Shown here in pieces: positions 18,739-28,072 of a DNA stretch of 64,000 nt. Origin of the DNA: an uncultured Chloroflexia bacterium (GTDB taxonomy: Bacteria > Chloroflexota > Anaerolineae > JAAYZQ01). The DNA is taken from positions 1,216,001-1,280,000 of the forward strand of contig CAVOXA010000001.1 of the NCBI GenBank assembly GCA_963700285.1, written 5' to 3'. Within the stretch, counting starts at the first letter, position 1. Each line of letters starts with the position of its first letter. The translations under genes and the position numbers were made by a program. The notes beneath the pieces are model-generated. The model made no database searches. It was not told the DNA's origin and saw only the letters and a program-made list of their open reading frames with translations.

Positions 18739-18799
18739 TTTGGTGCATCCGAGACTTCGGAGGTGTATGACTATCCCTATGACAGAGAGGGAGAAGCCC

Positions 18800-19468
18800 A
18801 TGACAGCAGAGATCAAAGAATCCCTCAAAAAAACGGTAGTCGAGGCCGGGCAGACGATGGTCCGCGAGCGCCTGACGCTGGGCACTTGGGGCAATGTCAG
18901 CCTGCGCGACCCGGAGACCGGCCTTATCTATATCACCCCCAGCGGCATCCCCTACATGGAGATCTTGGTATCGGACATTGTGGTGATGAATAGCGACGAA
19001 GAGGTTGTCGACGGCCACCGCATTCCCTCCATCGAACGGGGCATGCACATCGCCGTCTACAATGTCCGCGAAGACGTGAACGCGGTCGTGCACTCACATC
19101 CCCTCTATTCGAGCGTGCTAGGCGTCAACCACATGGAGTTGCCGGGCATGAGCGAGGACTTTGTCCAGATCGTGGCCGACAAGATCATCTGCTCCGAATA
19201 CGCCCTGCCCGGCACGCCCGAGCTGGCCCGCAACGTGGTGGCAGCCCTGGGCGAGCGGAACGCGGTGCTGCTGCCCAACCACGGGACGCTGTGCGCCGGC
19301 GAGGACATGACGCGTACCCTGCTGATCAGTCAAGCCGTGGAAAAGACGGCCCAGATCTATATCATGGCCAAGAGCATCGGTACCCCGCACCTGATCTCCC
19401 AGGAGCACATTGAGGCCATGCAGTACTATGCCCGGCATCTCTATGGGCAGAGGCCAGAAGCCTTGTAG
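18800..19468 (+). CDS. class II aldolase/adducin family protein (L-fuculose-1-phosphate aldolase-like)
   Basis: GTWGNVS, ITPSG, PSIERGMH, AVVHSHP, LLPNHG metal-binding motifs. Confidence 0.9.
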   Translation: MTAEIKESLKKTVVEAGQTMVRERLTLGTWGNVSLRDPETGLIYITPSGIPYMEILVSDIVVMNSDEEVVDGHRIPSIERGMHIAVYNVREDVNAVVHSHPLYSSVLGVNHMELPGMSEDFVQIVADKIICSEYALPGTPELARNVVAALGERNAVLLPNHGTLCAGEDMTRTLLISQAVEKTAQIYIMAKSIGTPHLISQEHIEAMQYYARHLYGQRPEAL

Positions 19469-19649
19469 GTATGATCAGGACTGATGCCGGGTGGGGCTAG
19501 AGCCATCGCACAACTGAGGTACGCCCCATCCATGGGTCTGCTTTCGGCAGCAACTAGATCGGATATCCCTGCTTCTGTAGCGTGTTTTTCCTAGGGACCA
19601 GGGGCACCTGGCTCCTTGTAGTATGATCCCTGCTGTGGCAAACCCTTCC

Positions 19650-19678
19650 TTGCCAAATGCCGGATCCCAGAGTACAAT
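19650..19678 (+). promoter_or_regulatory. sigma70-type promoter of the acyl-CoA ligase
   Basis: TTGCCA-17 nt-TACAAT; both hexamers recur at 23785-23813 on the minus strand. Confidence 0.7.
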
Positions 19679-19719
19679 GGTGCGGTCAATCGCCTAGTTG
19701 TTGTTTCGGAGGTCTCGTC

Positions 19720-21303
19720 ATGATCGTACCACGTTTGTTGCGGTGGCTCAATCCCCAGCGGATGTTGGCTCTGGGGCGCTGGCTTGGGCCTAATTCGGAA
19801 TGGCTCATCACCCCCGAAGAGCGCCTGACCCGCCGCCAGGTCTTTGAGCGGGTTGACAGGCTGGCGGCCGGACTGCAGTCGCTGGGTGTACAACAAGGGG
19901 ACCGGGTGGTCGCCCTCTTGCCGGCCTGTCCCGAATCGGTCTATAGTGTTTTTCTACCCTGGTTGCTGGGTACGGTCGAAGTGCAACTCAACCCCCTGCT
20001 GCGGGAGCACGAACTGCGCCACATCCTGACCCACTGTCAGGCGAACGTGGTGTTGACCACCCAGAGCTGGCTGGGCCAGGACTATCCGGCCCTCCTGGAG
20101 CGCCTGCTGCCCGACCTGCCTGACCTGCGCGCCGTCGTAGTTCGGGATGCAAAGGGAGAAGACGGCCAGATGTTCTTCTCCCAGGAGGCGGTCATGGCCC
20201 GAGGCGAGGAGCTACGCAAGGTGTCCCTCTCGGCTGCTGACATGAAGCGCATCACCTATACCTCGGGTACGACCGGCATGCCCAAAGGGGTGGTCCACAC
20301 CTGGGACCAGATATGGGGCCTGGTACGCCCGGCCATCGCGCCGCGCCTGAACCCCAGGTTGCTGCGCAGTGTGCTGGTGCCCTTTCCCATGGCCTACTAC
20401 TCGGGGCTAGTGGGGGCCATCATTACACTCATATCCGGCGGCAAGCTGCTACTGATGGACCGCTTCCGTGCGCGGCTGGCCTGGGAGCTGATCGAGCAGG
20501 AGAAGGTGACCCAGGTGGGCTGTTCGCCGACGATGTACCGCCTGATGCTGCGCCAGCGCGACCAGGAGCGCTATGACGTGTCGTCGGTGCGCGTGGTTAG
20601 CTTTGGCTCCGAGCCTATGCCCCCCGACGTGGCCCGGGCGCTCTACGAGCGTTTCCAGTGTCCCATCGAGCAGCACTATGGCATGAATGAGACAGGTCAC
20701 ATCTCCTGGAGCGCCCTGGACGACCCGCCCGAGATTGTGGCCACAACGGTCGGCAAGCCCGTGCCCGGCGCCCGTGTGCGCATCGTGGACGACGATCGGC
20801 AACCGCTGCCCCAGGGTGAGCGGGGCGAAGTCGCCGTCAGGACCTCGCAGATGATGTTGGGCTACTATCGTGCCCCGGAACTGACGGCCCAGGTCTTTGA
20901 CGACGAAGGCTGGTTCTATACCGGGGACGTCGGCTACCAGGGTGACGATGGCTATCTGCGCCTGGTCGATCGCAAGAATGACGTGATCATCCGCGGCGGT
21001 CAGAATATCTATCCGGCCGAGGTCGAGGCCTATCTGGACCTGCATCCGGAGATCTATCGCGCTGGCGTGGTCGGCGTGGCCAGCGACCTGGGGGGGCAGG
21101 CCGTGTGGGCCTACGTGCAACTGGAGCCGGGGGCAACGTTGAGCGCCAGAGAGGTACGCAGCTACTGCCGGGGCAAGATCGCGGCCTTCAAGGTACCCAA
21201 CCAGGTGCGCTTTGTGGAGCGCATGCCCCTATCTGTCACCGACAAGGTACAGCGCTACAAGCTTCGAGAGCTGGCTGCCCAGGAGCTTTCCGAAGAACCA
21301 TAA
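19720..21303 (+). CDS. class I adenylate-forming enzyme (acyl-CoA synthetase)
   Basis: YTSGTTGMPKGV, HYGMNET, GWFYTGDVG, DRKNDVIIRGGQNIYPAEVE; GGAGG RBS before ATG at 19720. Confidence 0.92.
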   Translation: MIVPRLLRWLNPQRMLALGRWLGPNSEWLITPEERLTRRQVFERVDRLAAGLQSLGVQQGDRVVALLPACPESVYSVFLPWLLGTVEVQLNPLLREHELRHILTHCQANVVLTTQSWLGQDYPALLERLLPDLPDLRAVVVRDAKGEDGQMFFSQEAVMARGEELRKVSLSAADMKRITYTSGTTGMPKGVVHTWDQIWGLVRPAIAPRLNPRLLRSVLVPFPMAYYSGLVGAIITLISGGKLLLMDRFRARLAWELIEQEKVTQVGCSPTMYRLMLRQRDQERYDVSSVRVVSFGSEPMPPDVARALYERFQCPIEQHYGMNETGHISWSALDDPPEIVATTVGKPVPGARVRIVDDDRQPLPQGERGEVAVRTSQMMLGYYRAPELTAQVFDDEGWFYTGDVGYQGDDGYLRLVDRKNDVIIRGGQNIYPAEVEAYLDLHPEIYRAGVVGVASDLGGQAVWAYVQLEPGATLSAREVRSYCRGKIAAFKVPNQVRFVERMPLSVTDKVQRYKLRELAAQELSEEP

Positions 21304-21595
21304 TAGTCCCTACAGTCCAACCAAAAATCAGTCACCTGGCCGACCGCCACCTGGACCAAGCAGCGCGCCAGGCCGATGTACGGTGCTCGGCGGAGCTGCC
21401 CAACTCGGAGGAATCAGTGGCGTCGATGTCCTGGGAGGGCCGGCTCATGGGCCGCATATCCCAGTTTCTAGTGACGCTGGGTGGGCAGCTTGTGTACGAT
21501 GGGCTGCAACGGTTGACCCTCCTTTGGAGCCTGCTGGTCTTCACGGGGATCGCCTTTCTGTCCGCCAAGATCACCAACCTGCCCGTGCCCTAGTG

Positions 21596-21760
21596 GCCTT
21601 CGCCGGCTTTCAGAATGTGATGATCATCTATCCCGAGCAGGGCTTTGGCGTGGTGGTCTGCACCAACAACGACCTGCTCAGCCCCGAGGTGGCGGTCGAG
21701 ATCGCGCACCGGGCGCTGGGGGCAAGATCGAGCCCATCATGCGCCAGGCAACTGGCTTGG
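21596..21760 (+). pseudogene. serine hydrolase (beta-lactamase family) C-terminal fragment
   Basis: AGFQNVMIIYPEQGFGVVVCTN resembles the terminal strands of class C beta-lactamase-like hydrolases; no N-terminal SxxK region. Confidence 0.45.
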
Positions 21761-21823
21761 CCTACAACTATCATCCGGGATAGTAGCGCCCCGTCACTGT
21801 CGGCGCTGCCTACAGAGATCGCA

Positions 21824-23061
21824 TCACTCGCTGAACTGGCCGGTTGGCTGGGGTGGCTTCCACAGCAGCATCAGCACGGCGGCGCCCAGAGCCATGACGG
21901 CCCCAAAGTAGAAGGGAGCCGAAGGGCTGACGGTCTGCCACAGCAGGCCGGCGATGAGCGACGCCGGAAAGTCCAGCAGGCCCAGCGTGGCGTTGTAGGT
22001 GCCATAGGCTGTGCCGCGCAGCTCGGCCGGCACCAGGTCGGCCACCAGGGCCTTGGTCGTGCCGTAGGCCAGGCCATAGTACACGCCGTAGAGGGCATAC
22101 AGCACCCAGACCTGCCAGCCCTCGCCCGGCCAGGGCAAAGCCCAGGTAGATGGCCGCGTAGGCCAGCCAGCCGCCGACGATCACCTTGCGCCGGCCGACC
22201 CGGTCCGACAGCGAGCCGGCGGGCGTCGAGACCAGGGCATAGACCAGGTTGAAGGTGACCAGCATGCCCAGGATGCCCGACCACGCTCAGTCCGCGCTCC
22301 TGGGCGCGCAGCACCAGAAAGGCGTCCGACGAGTTGCCCAGGTCGAACAGGCCGACGATGACCAGGAAGACCAGGAATGGCTTACCCAACCCTCTGAAGC
22401 GTGATGGCCGGCCGCTCGCGCTGGCGATGTCACCGGCACGTCCCTGGCGCCCAGGGCCAGCGAGAGCACCGCCAGCACGGCCGGCACCAGGCTGACCAGC
22501 ACGACGATCTGGAAGGTGTGCTGCCCAAGCTCTACCGAAGCCGCCTGCGCCGCCCAGACCACGCCCAGGGCGATGAGCAGGCCCACCACGGCGCCGCCGG
22601 TGTCGGCCGCGCGGTGGAAGCCAAAGGCCAGCCCCCGCTGGCTCTCGTCGATGCTGTCGGCCACCAGCGCGTCGCGGGGCGCGGTGCGGATGCCCTTGCC
22701 CACCCGGTCGGCCCAGCGCACAGCGGCCACCGCCGTGCCAGGTGTTGGCAAAGTAGAAGAAGGGCTTGGACAGGGCCGAGATGCCGTAGCCGACCACGGC
22801 CAGCCACTTGCGCGCCCCCAGCCGGTCCGAGAGCCAGCCGGAAAAGACCTTGAGCAGGCTGGCCGTCGCCTCGGCAATGCCCTCGATGAGGCCGATGACG
22901 CCCGCTCCCACACCCAGCACGTTGGACAGGAAGAGGGGCAGGAGGTTGATGACCATCTCGCTGGAGATGTCCATGAAAAAACTGGTCAGGCTCACCGCCC
23001 ACACGTTGCGGGGCAGCGAGCGCCAGCCGGTCTTGGGCTTGGAAGCGGTTGATCGGCTCAT
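21824..23061 (-). CDS. MFS transporter (several frameshifts)
   Basis: Pieces in different frames: LPRNVWAVSLTSFFMDISSEM, GWLSDRLGARK, DRVGKGIRTAPRDAL, AFGFHRAADT, LGNSSDAFL, GSLSDRVGRR, RGTAYGTYN. Confidence 0.85.
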
Positions 23062-23079
23062 ACCGGCACGTCCTTTCCG

Positions 23080-23742
23080 TTAGTTCTCCTGTTGGTTCTC
23101 TTGGGCAAGTTCCTCGGCCGCCAGTTCGCGGACCTTGTAGCGTTGCACCTTGTCGGTGGCCGATAGGGGCATCCGCTCCACAAAGCGCACCTCGCTCGGC
23201 ACCTTAAAGCCCGCGATCTTGCCCCGGCAGGAGGCGCGCACCTCCGCGGCGCTGAGTGTCGCCCCGGGCCACAACCTCGCCCAGGGAGAAGAAGAGGCGA
23301 CCGTCTCCGCCCTGGGCGTCCTTCACGACGACGGAGCGCAGATCGGGCAGGTCCGGCAGAAGGTGCTCCAGGGGGGCAGGATAGTCCTGTCCGAGCCAGG
23401 TCTGGGTGGTCAAAATCACGTTGGCCTTGCAGTGGTTCAGGATGTGGCGCGGCCCGTGCTCTCGCAGCAGGGGATTCAGTTAGACCTCGACGGTGTCCAG
23501 CAGCCAGGGCAGGAACACGCTATAGACCGATTCAGGCCAGGCCGGCGACGGGGTCACCACCCGGTCCCCCTGTTGAACGCCCAAGTCCTGCAGGCCGCCA
23601 GCCGATCCACCCGTTCGAAGACCGGGCAGCGCGTCAGGCGCTTCTCGGGCGCGATCAGCCATTAGGCGTTTGGCCCCAGGCGGCGTCCAATGGTCAACGT
23701 TCGCTGGGGGTTGAGCCAATGCAATAGACGAGGGATGATTAT
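23080..23742 (-). pseudogene. decayed, internally deleted paralog of the 19720..21303 acyl-CoA synthetase
   Basis: IIPRLLHWLNPQR, QQGDRVV, PESVYSVFLPWLL, WLGQDYPA, SCRGKIAGFKVPSEVRFVERMPLSATDKVQRYK all match the intact copy. Start codon is ATA, stops at 23662 and 23480, and about 0.9 kb is missing. Confidence 0.9.
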
Positions 23743-23784
23743 ATTGAGCCTCCGCACAAACCAGCACCGGGATTGACGGTCCCC

Positions 23785-23813
23785 ATTGTACTTCGGGATA
23801 CTAGATTTGGCAA
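23785..23813 (-). promoter_or_regulatory. sigma70-type promoter retained ahead of the pseudogene and MFS gene
   Basis: Minus strand TTGCCA-17 nt-TACAAT. Confidence 0.7.
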
Positions 23814-24040
23814 GAAGTCGGGTCTCTGATCGCGGGCATGCCTGCGTTCGGGGATTCAGCCTGGAACGACCGATGAAACTGGACGGCGCAGATGTCCCCA
23901 GCCTGTGACGGTTACAAGTCAGTCTATTGCCCCCAGCCCAATCTGTGGTATAATCTACATATGTTTCAGCCATGTCCCCATATAATGGATAATGGGACCG
24001 AGACAAACGCCGGAGCACTGCCCGCAGGGAGGGAACCGTT

Positions 24041-25258
24041 GTGACTGACCCCAAGTTCGACATAGCCATCGTCGGCGCAGGAATCGTTGGCCTCGCTACG
24101 GCCATGGAGCTGGTACAGCGCCGCCCCGACCTCAAGTTGGTCGTCCTGGAGAAAGAGGCGGAGGTTGCCGCCCATCAAACCGGAAACAACAGTGGCGTCA
24201 TCCACGCCGGCCTGTACTACAAGCCGGGCAGCCTCAAAGCCCAGATGGTCGTAGAAGGCGCGCGTCTCATGGTTGAATTCTGCCAGAAACACGAGTTGCC
24301 CTACGAACTGTGCGGCAAAGTCGTGGTCGCCATGGGCCAAGAAGAACTCCCCCGCCTCCAAGATCTCCATCGCCGGGGCACAGCCAACGGCGTGTCCGGC
24401 CTGACAGAGATCAGCAGCGACGAGATAAAAGAGCACGAGCCCCATACCGTTGGCGTTGCTGGCCTGTGGTCACCCAATACCGGCATTGTCGACTACAAGG
24501 CCGTCACGCGCACCTATGCCCAGATCGTCGAGGCCGGTGGTGGCCAGGTTCGGCTGGACACAAAAGTGATCGGCATCGACCAGAGGCCCGATGAGTTGGT
24601 CGTAGAGACGACTCAGGGCGATGTGCACACGCGCGCCCTCATCAACTGCGGCGGCCTGCAGAGTGACCTGGTCGCCAGGATGATGGGCAGTACCGGCGGC
24701 CTGCGCATCGTGCCCTTCCGCGGCGAGTACTATGTGCTGGCGCCCGAGAGTCAAAAGCTGGTTCGCGGCCTCATCTACCCCGTGCCTGACCCTAGATTTC
24801 CCTTCCTGGGTGTGCATTTCACCAAAAAGATAGACGGCTCGGTCGAAGCCGGCCCCAATGCCGTTCTGGCCTTTTCACGCGAGGGCTACGGGAAGACCGA
24901 CTTTAGCCTGGGATACGTGTTGGGGTTGCTGACCTTCTCCGGCTTCTGGGTCATGGGCGCCAAGTACTGGCGCATGGGTTTTGGCGAGATGTATCGCTCC
25001 TGGAACAAGCGCGCTTTCGTCGCTGCGCTGCAGGCCTTGCTCCCCGAACTGGGCATGGACGACGTTGTGCCCGGTGGGGCGGGCGTCCGCGCCCAGGCCA
25101 TGGATGCCAAGGGCAACCTCATGGACGATTTCAGCTTCATCGAAGGGCCCAACGCCATCCACGTGCTCAATGCCCCGTCACCCGCGGCCACCGCTTCCAT
25201 CGTCATCGGCCGGGCCATCGTGGACAAGGCCCTTGCCAATTTCGAGTTCTCTTCCTGA
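24041..25258 (+). CDS. lhgO: L-2-hydroxyglutarate oxidase
   Basis: IVGAGIVGLA, HQTGNNSGVIHAGLYYKPGSLKA, PFRGEY, IYPVPDPRFPFLGVHFT, NAPSPAATAS. Confidence 0.92.
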   Translation: MTDPKFDIAIVGAGIVGLATAMELVQRRPDLKLVVLEKEAEVAAHQTGNNSGVIHAGLYYKPGSLKAQMVVEGARLMVEFCQKHELPYELCGKVVVAMGQEELPRLQDLHRRGTANGVSGLTEISSDEIKEHEPHTVGVAGLWSPNTGIVDYKAVTRTYAQIVEAGGGQVRLDTKVIGIDQRPDELVVETTQGDVHTRALINCGGLQSDLVARMMGSTGGLRIVPFRGEYYVLAPESQKLVRGLIYPVPDPRFPFLGVHFTKKIDGSVEAGPNAVLAFSREGYGKTDFSLGYVLGLLTFSGFWVMGAKYWRMGFGEMYRSWNKRAFVAALQALLPELGMDDVVPGGAGVRAQAMDAKGNLMDDFSFIEGPNAIHVLNAPSPAATASIVIGRAIVDKALANFEFSS

Positions 25259-25351
25259 AACAGGCGCGTGACAGACCGGAGGCCACCCGTAGCGCCTCCG
25301 ACGCAACACGCACCACGAAACACGCAACAATTCCGACACCAAGGAGTCACC

Positions 25352-26605
25352 ATGGAAACACCAACCGTAGAGATCAAACGAGGTCTTGAGGGTGTCATCT
25401 TTACCGAGACCTATCTCAGTGCCATCGACGGCGAGGCGGGGATCCTGTCCTACTGCGGCTACGACATTGCCCATCTAGCTGCTCACGCCTCGTATGAGGA
25501 GGCTGCCTTCCTGCTTTGGTATCAGCGCCTGCCTGCCGAGCCCGAGCTGGTCATGCTTTCGAACTGGCTGCGCGCCAACCGCCGGCTGCCCAAGGTCGTC
25601 TGGGGCATCATGCACTCGCTGCCTGAGCAAGCCACGCCCATGGAGGCTCTGCGCACCATCGCCTCCACCCTGTCGATGTTTGACCATTCCTGCATCCATG
25701 AAGAGGAAGGCGGCTCATCGCTGTGCCGGTCTGTGAGCATTACCGCCAAGCTGCCTACCATTGTTGCCTCTTTTGACCGCCTTCGGCGCGACCTCCCGCC
25801 CATCGAACCCCGCCCTGACCTGGGGCACGCTGCCAATTTTCTCTACATGATGACCGGCCAAGAGCCGGATGAGGTGAGCGCCGACGCACTGGACAGGTAC
25901 TTTGTCCTCCTGGCCGACCACGGCATGAACGCTTCCACCTTTTCGGCCCGTGTGACGGCCAGTACCCTGGCCGACGTCTATTCCTCTGTCGTTGCCGGGC
26001 TGGGCACCCTCAAGGGCCCACTGCACGGCGGCGCCAGTCAAAAATCCATGGAGCAGTTGTTAGAGATCGGCAGTCTGGAGGATGTCGATGCCTGGTTCGA
26101 CCAGCAGATGGCCGCCAAACAGCGCATGTTTGGTTTTGGACACCGGGTTTACAAGGCCGAGGACCCCCGGGCCACCATCTTGCGTGAGCTTTCCCGCCAG
26201 GTGGCGGGGCGCAGCGGCAATACGCTTTGGTATGACATGTCTGCCCGTCTGGAAGAACGCGTGCTCAATCATCCCTACTTCCAGGAGCGCCGGATCTATG
26301 CCAACGTGGACTTTTACACCGCGCCCTTGCTCTACGCCCTGGACATTCCCATCGATCTTTTTATTCCCATGTTCGCCATCTCCCGCGTCGCTGGCTGGAC
26401 GGCCCATGTCCTGGAGCAACAGCAGCACAACCGGCTCATCCGGCCGCGGGCCCTCTATGCCGGTCCCAGGAACCTGGATTGGCCCCGCATGGCCGGACGC
26501 GAGCCGCGCGTCGAAGCCCAGCCGGAAATCCAGTGCGTAGCCGGCCGGCCGGCCAACTGCCCGGCCGCGCTCGACGTGCCGCCGCGGTTCTGGCCCGTAA
26601 CCTAG
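25352..26605 (+). CDS. gltA: citrate synthase / 2-methylcitrate synthase
   Basis: GLEGV, LADHGMNASTF, GPLHGGA, FGFGHRVYK, NVDFY, NRLIRP; AAGGAG RBS before ATG at 25352. Confidence 0.9.
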   Translation: METPTVEIKRGLEGVIFTETYLSAIDGEAGILSYCGYDIAHLAAHASYEEAAFLLWYQRLPAEPELVMLSNWLRANRRLPKVVWGIMHSLPEQATPMEALRTIASTLSMFDHSCIHEEEGGSSLCRSVSITAKLPTIVASFDRLRRDLPPIEPRPDLGHAANFLYMMTGQEPDEVSADALDRYFVLLADHGMNASTFSARVTASTLADVYSSVVAGLGTLKGPLHGGASQKSMEQLLEIGSLEDVDAWFDQQMAAKQRMFGFGHRVYKAEDPRATILRELSRQVAGRSGNTLWYDMSARLEERVLNHPYFQERRIYANVDFYTAPLLYALDIPIDLFIPMFAISRVAGWTAHVLEQQQHNRLIRPRALYAGPRNLDWPRMAGREPRVEAQPEIQCVAGRPANCPAALDVPPRFWPVT

Positions 26606-26654
26606 TGGGTCGACACATGGCCGATTCTGGCTTTTCCTTGCTCTCACCTTGCTC

Positions 26655-26677
26655 GCAACCGGTCCGTGACCGGTTGC
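26655..26677. repeat. intergenic hairpin, copy 1
   Basis: GCAACCGGTC-CGT-GACCGGTTGC, perfect 10-bp stem. Confidence 0.7.
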
Positions 26678-26857
26678 ACAGGGCTCAAACTGCCGGAGTA
26701 TTCCTGCTCGTGAATCAGGCAGGGGTAGGGAGAAGCAGAGGTCTGTTGTGTGAAAAGTCACTTGGTAAGGCCACAGATTGACGTTTCACATACACCCAGC
26801 GGCTTTGCGCAGCCGCCAGCGGCTCTCCATAGCAGCCGCCAACCCAGGAGAATGACC

Positions 26858-27886
26858 ATGACCTATCGTGTTACCCTGATCCCCGGCGACGGCACCGGGC
26901 CCGAACTGGTCACCGCGACCCGCCGCGTGCTGGAAGCGACCGGCGTCGCGTTCGACTGGGACGTGCAGGAGGCCGGCGCCGACGTGATGGACAAGTATGG
27001 CACGCCGCTGCCCGACGGTGTGCTCGATTCGATCCGGGCCAACAAGGTGGCCCTCAAAGGCCCCATCACCACGCCCATCGGCACCGGCTTTCGCAGCGTC
27101 AACGTCGCCATCCGCAAGGCGCTGGACCTGTACGCCAACGTGCGCCCGGCCCGGGCCATGCCGGGCTGTCCCGTCTGCCACGAGGACGTGGACCTGGTCG
27201 TCGTCCGCGAGAACACCGAGGGGCTGTACGCCGGCATCGAGCACGACGTCATCCCCGACGAGGCCGCCGAGTCGATCCGCATCATCACCCGCCGCGCCAG
27301 CGAGCGCATCGTGCGCTTTGCCTTCGAGTATGCCCGGGCCAACGGCCGCCGCCTGGTGACGGCCGTGCACAAGGCCAACATCCTCAAGGCCACCGACGGC
27401 CTGTATCTGCGCGTGGCCCGTGAGGTGGCGGCCGGCTACCCCGACATCGAGTTCAACGACCGCATCGTGGACAACATGTGCATGCAGCTGGTCCAGCGGC
27501 CCCACGAGTACGACGTGCTGGTCTGCCCCAACCTCTTTGGCGACATCGTCAGCGACCTCTGCTCGGGGCTGGTCGGCGGGCTGGGCGTGGCGCCGGGCGC
27601 CAACATCGGCGACGGAATCTGGCCGTCTTTGAGCCGGTGCACGGCTCGGCGCCCAAGTACACGGGCAGAACAAGGTCAACCCCACGGCCACCATCCTCAG
27701 CGGGGCGCTGATGCTGCGCCACCTGGGCGAGACTGGAGGCCGCCGAGCGCGTGGAAGCGGCCGTGGCCCAGGTCATCGCCGAGGGGCGCAGCGTGACCTA
27801 CGACCTGAAACCCACCCGCGACGATCCCACGCGCCGTGGGCACCCAGGAGATGGCCGACGCCATCATCGCCGCGATGAACCCGTAG
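26858..27886 (+). CDS. icd: isocitrate/isopropylmalate dehydrogenase family, probably isocitrate dehydrogenase (frameshifts in the 3' quarter)
   Basis: [55 protein letters not shown]; [11 protein letters not shown] and MADAIIAA continue in shifted frames. Confidence 0.8.
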
Positions 27887-27948
27887 GTTCAATCGCCGCG
27901 CCGAGCTGCCGCCTTTTCACAGTGCTCGTACCTGCCTTCTCTCTGCTC

Positions 27949-27971
27949 GCAACCAGTCCGTGACCGGTTGC
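27949..27971. repeat. intergenic hairpin, copy 2
   Basis: GCAACCAGTC-CGT-GACCGGTTGC, one mismatch to copy 1, same TGCTC 5' flank. Confidence 0.7.
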
Positions 27972-28072
27972 CTGCGGCCAGAAACAAGCAGAAAGGCCGA
28001 GGTACAGACCTGGCTTGAGCAGACAACAACCAATCGCTGTCAGCTTTTGGATACCTTTGGTGGAGAGTCTCA

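Noticed and set aside
21212-22252. 346-aa plus-strand ORF
   Set aside because: Mostly antisense to the MFS gene; only a short internal hydrolase-like fragment looks protein-like.
26786-27694. Long antisense ORFs (also 1720..2394, 47497..48282, 58119..58919 and others)
   Set aside because: Shadow frames opposite well-supported genes, expected in high-GC DNA.
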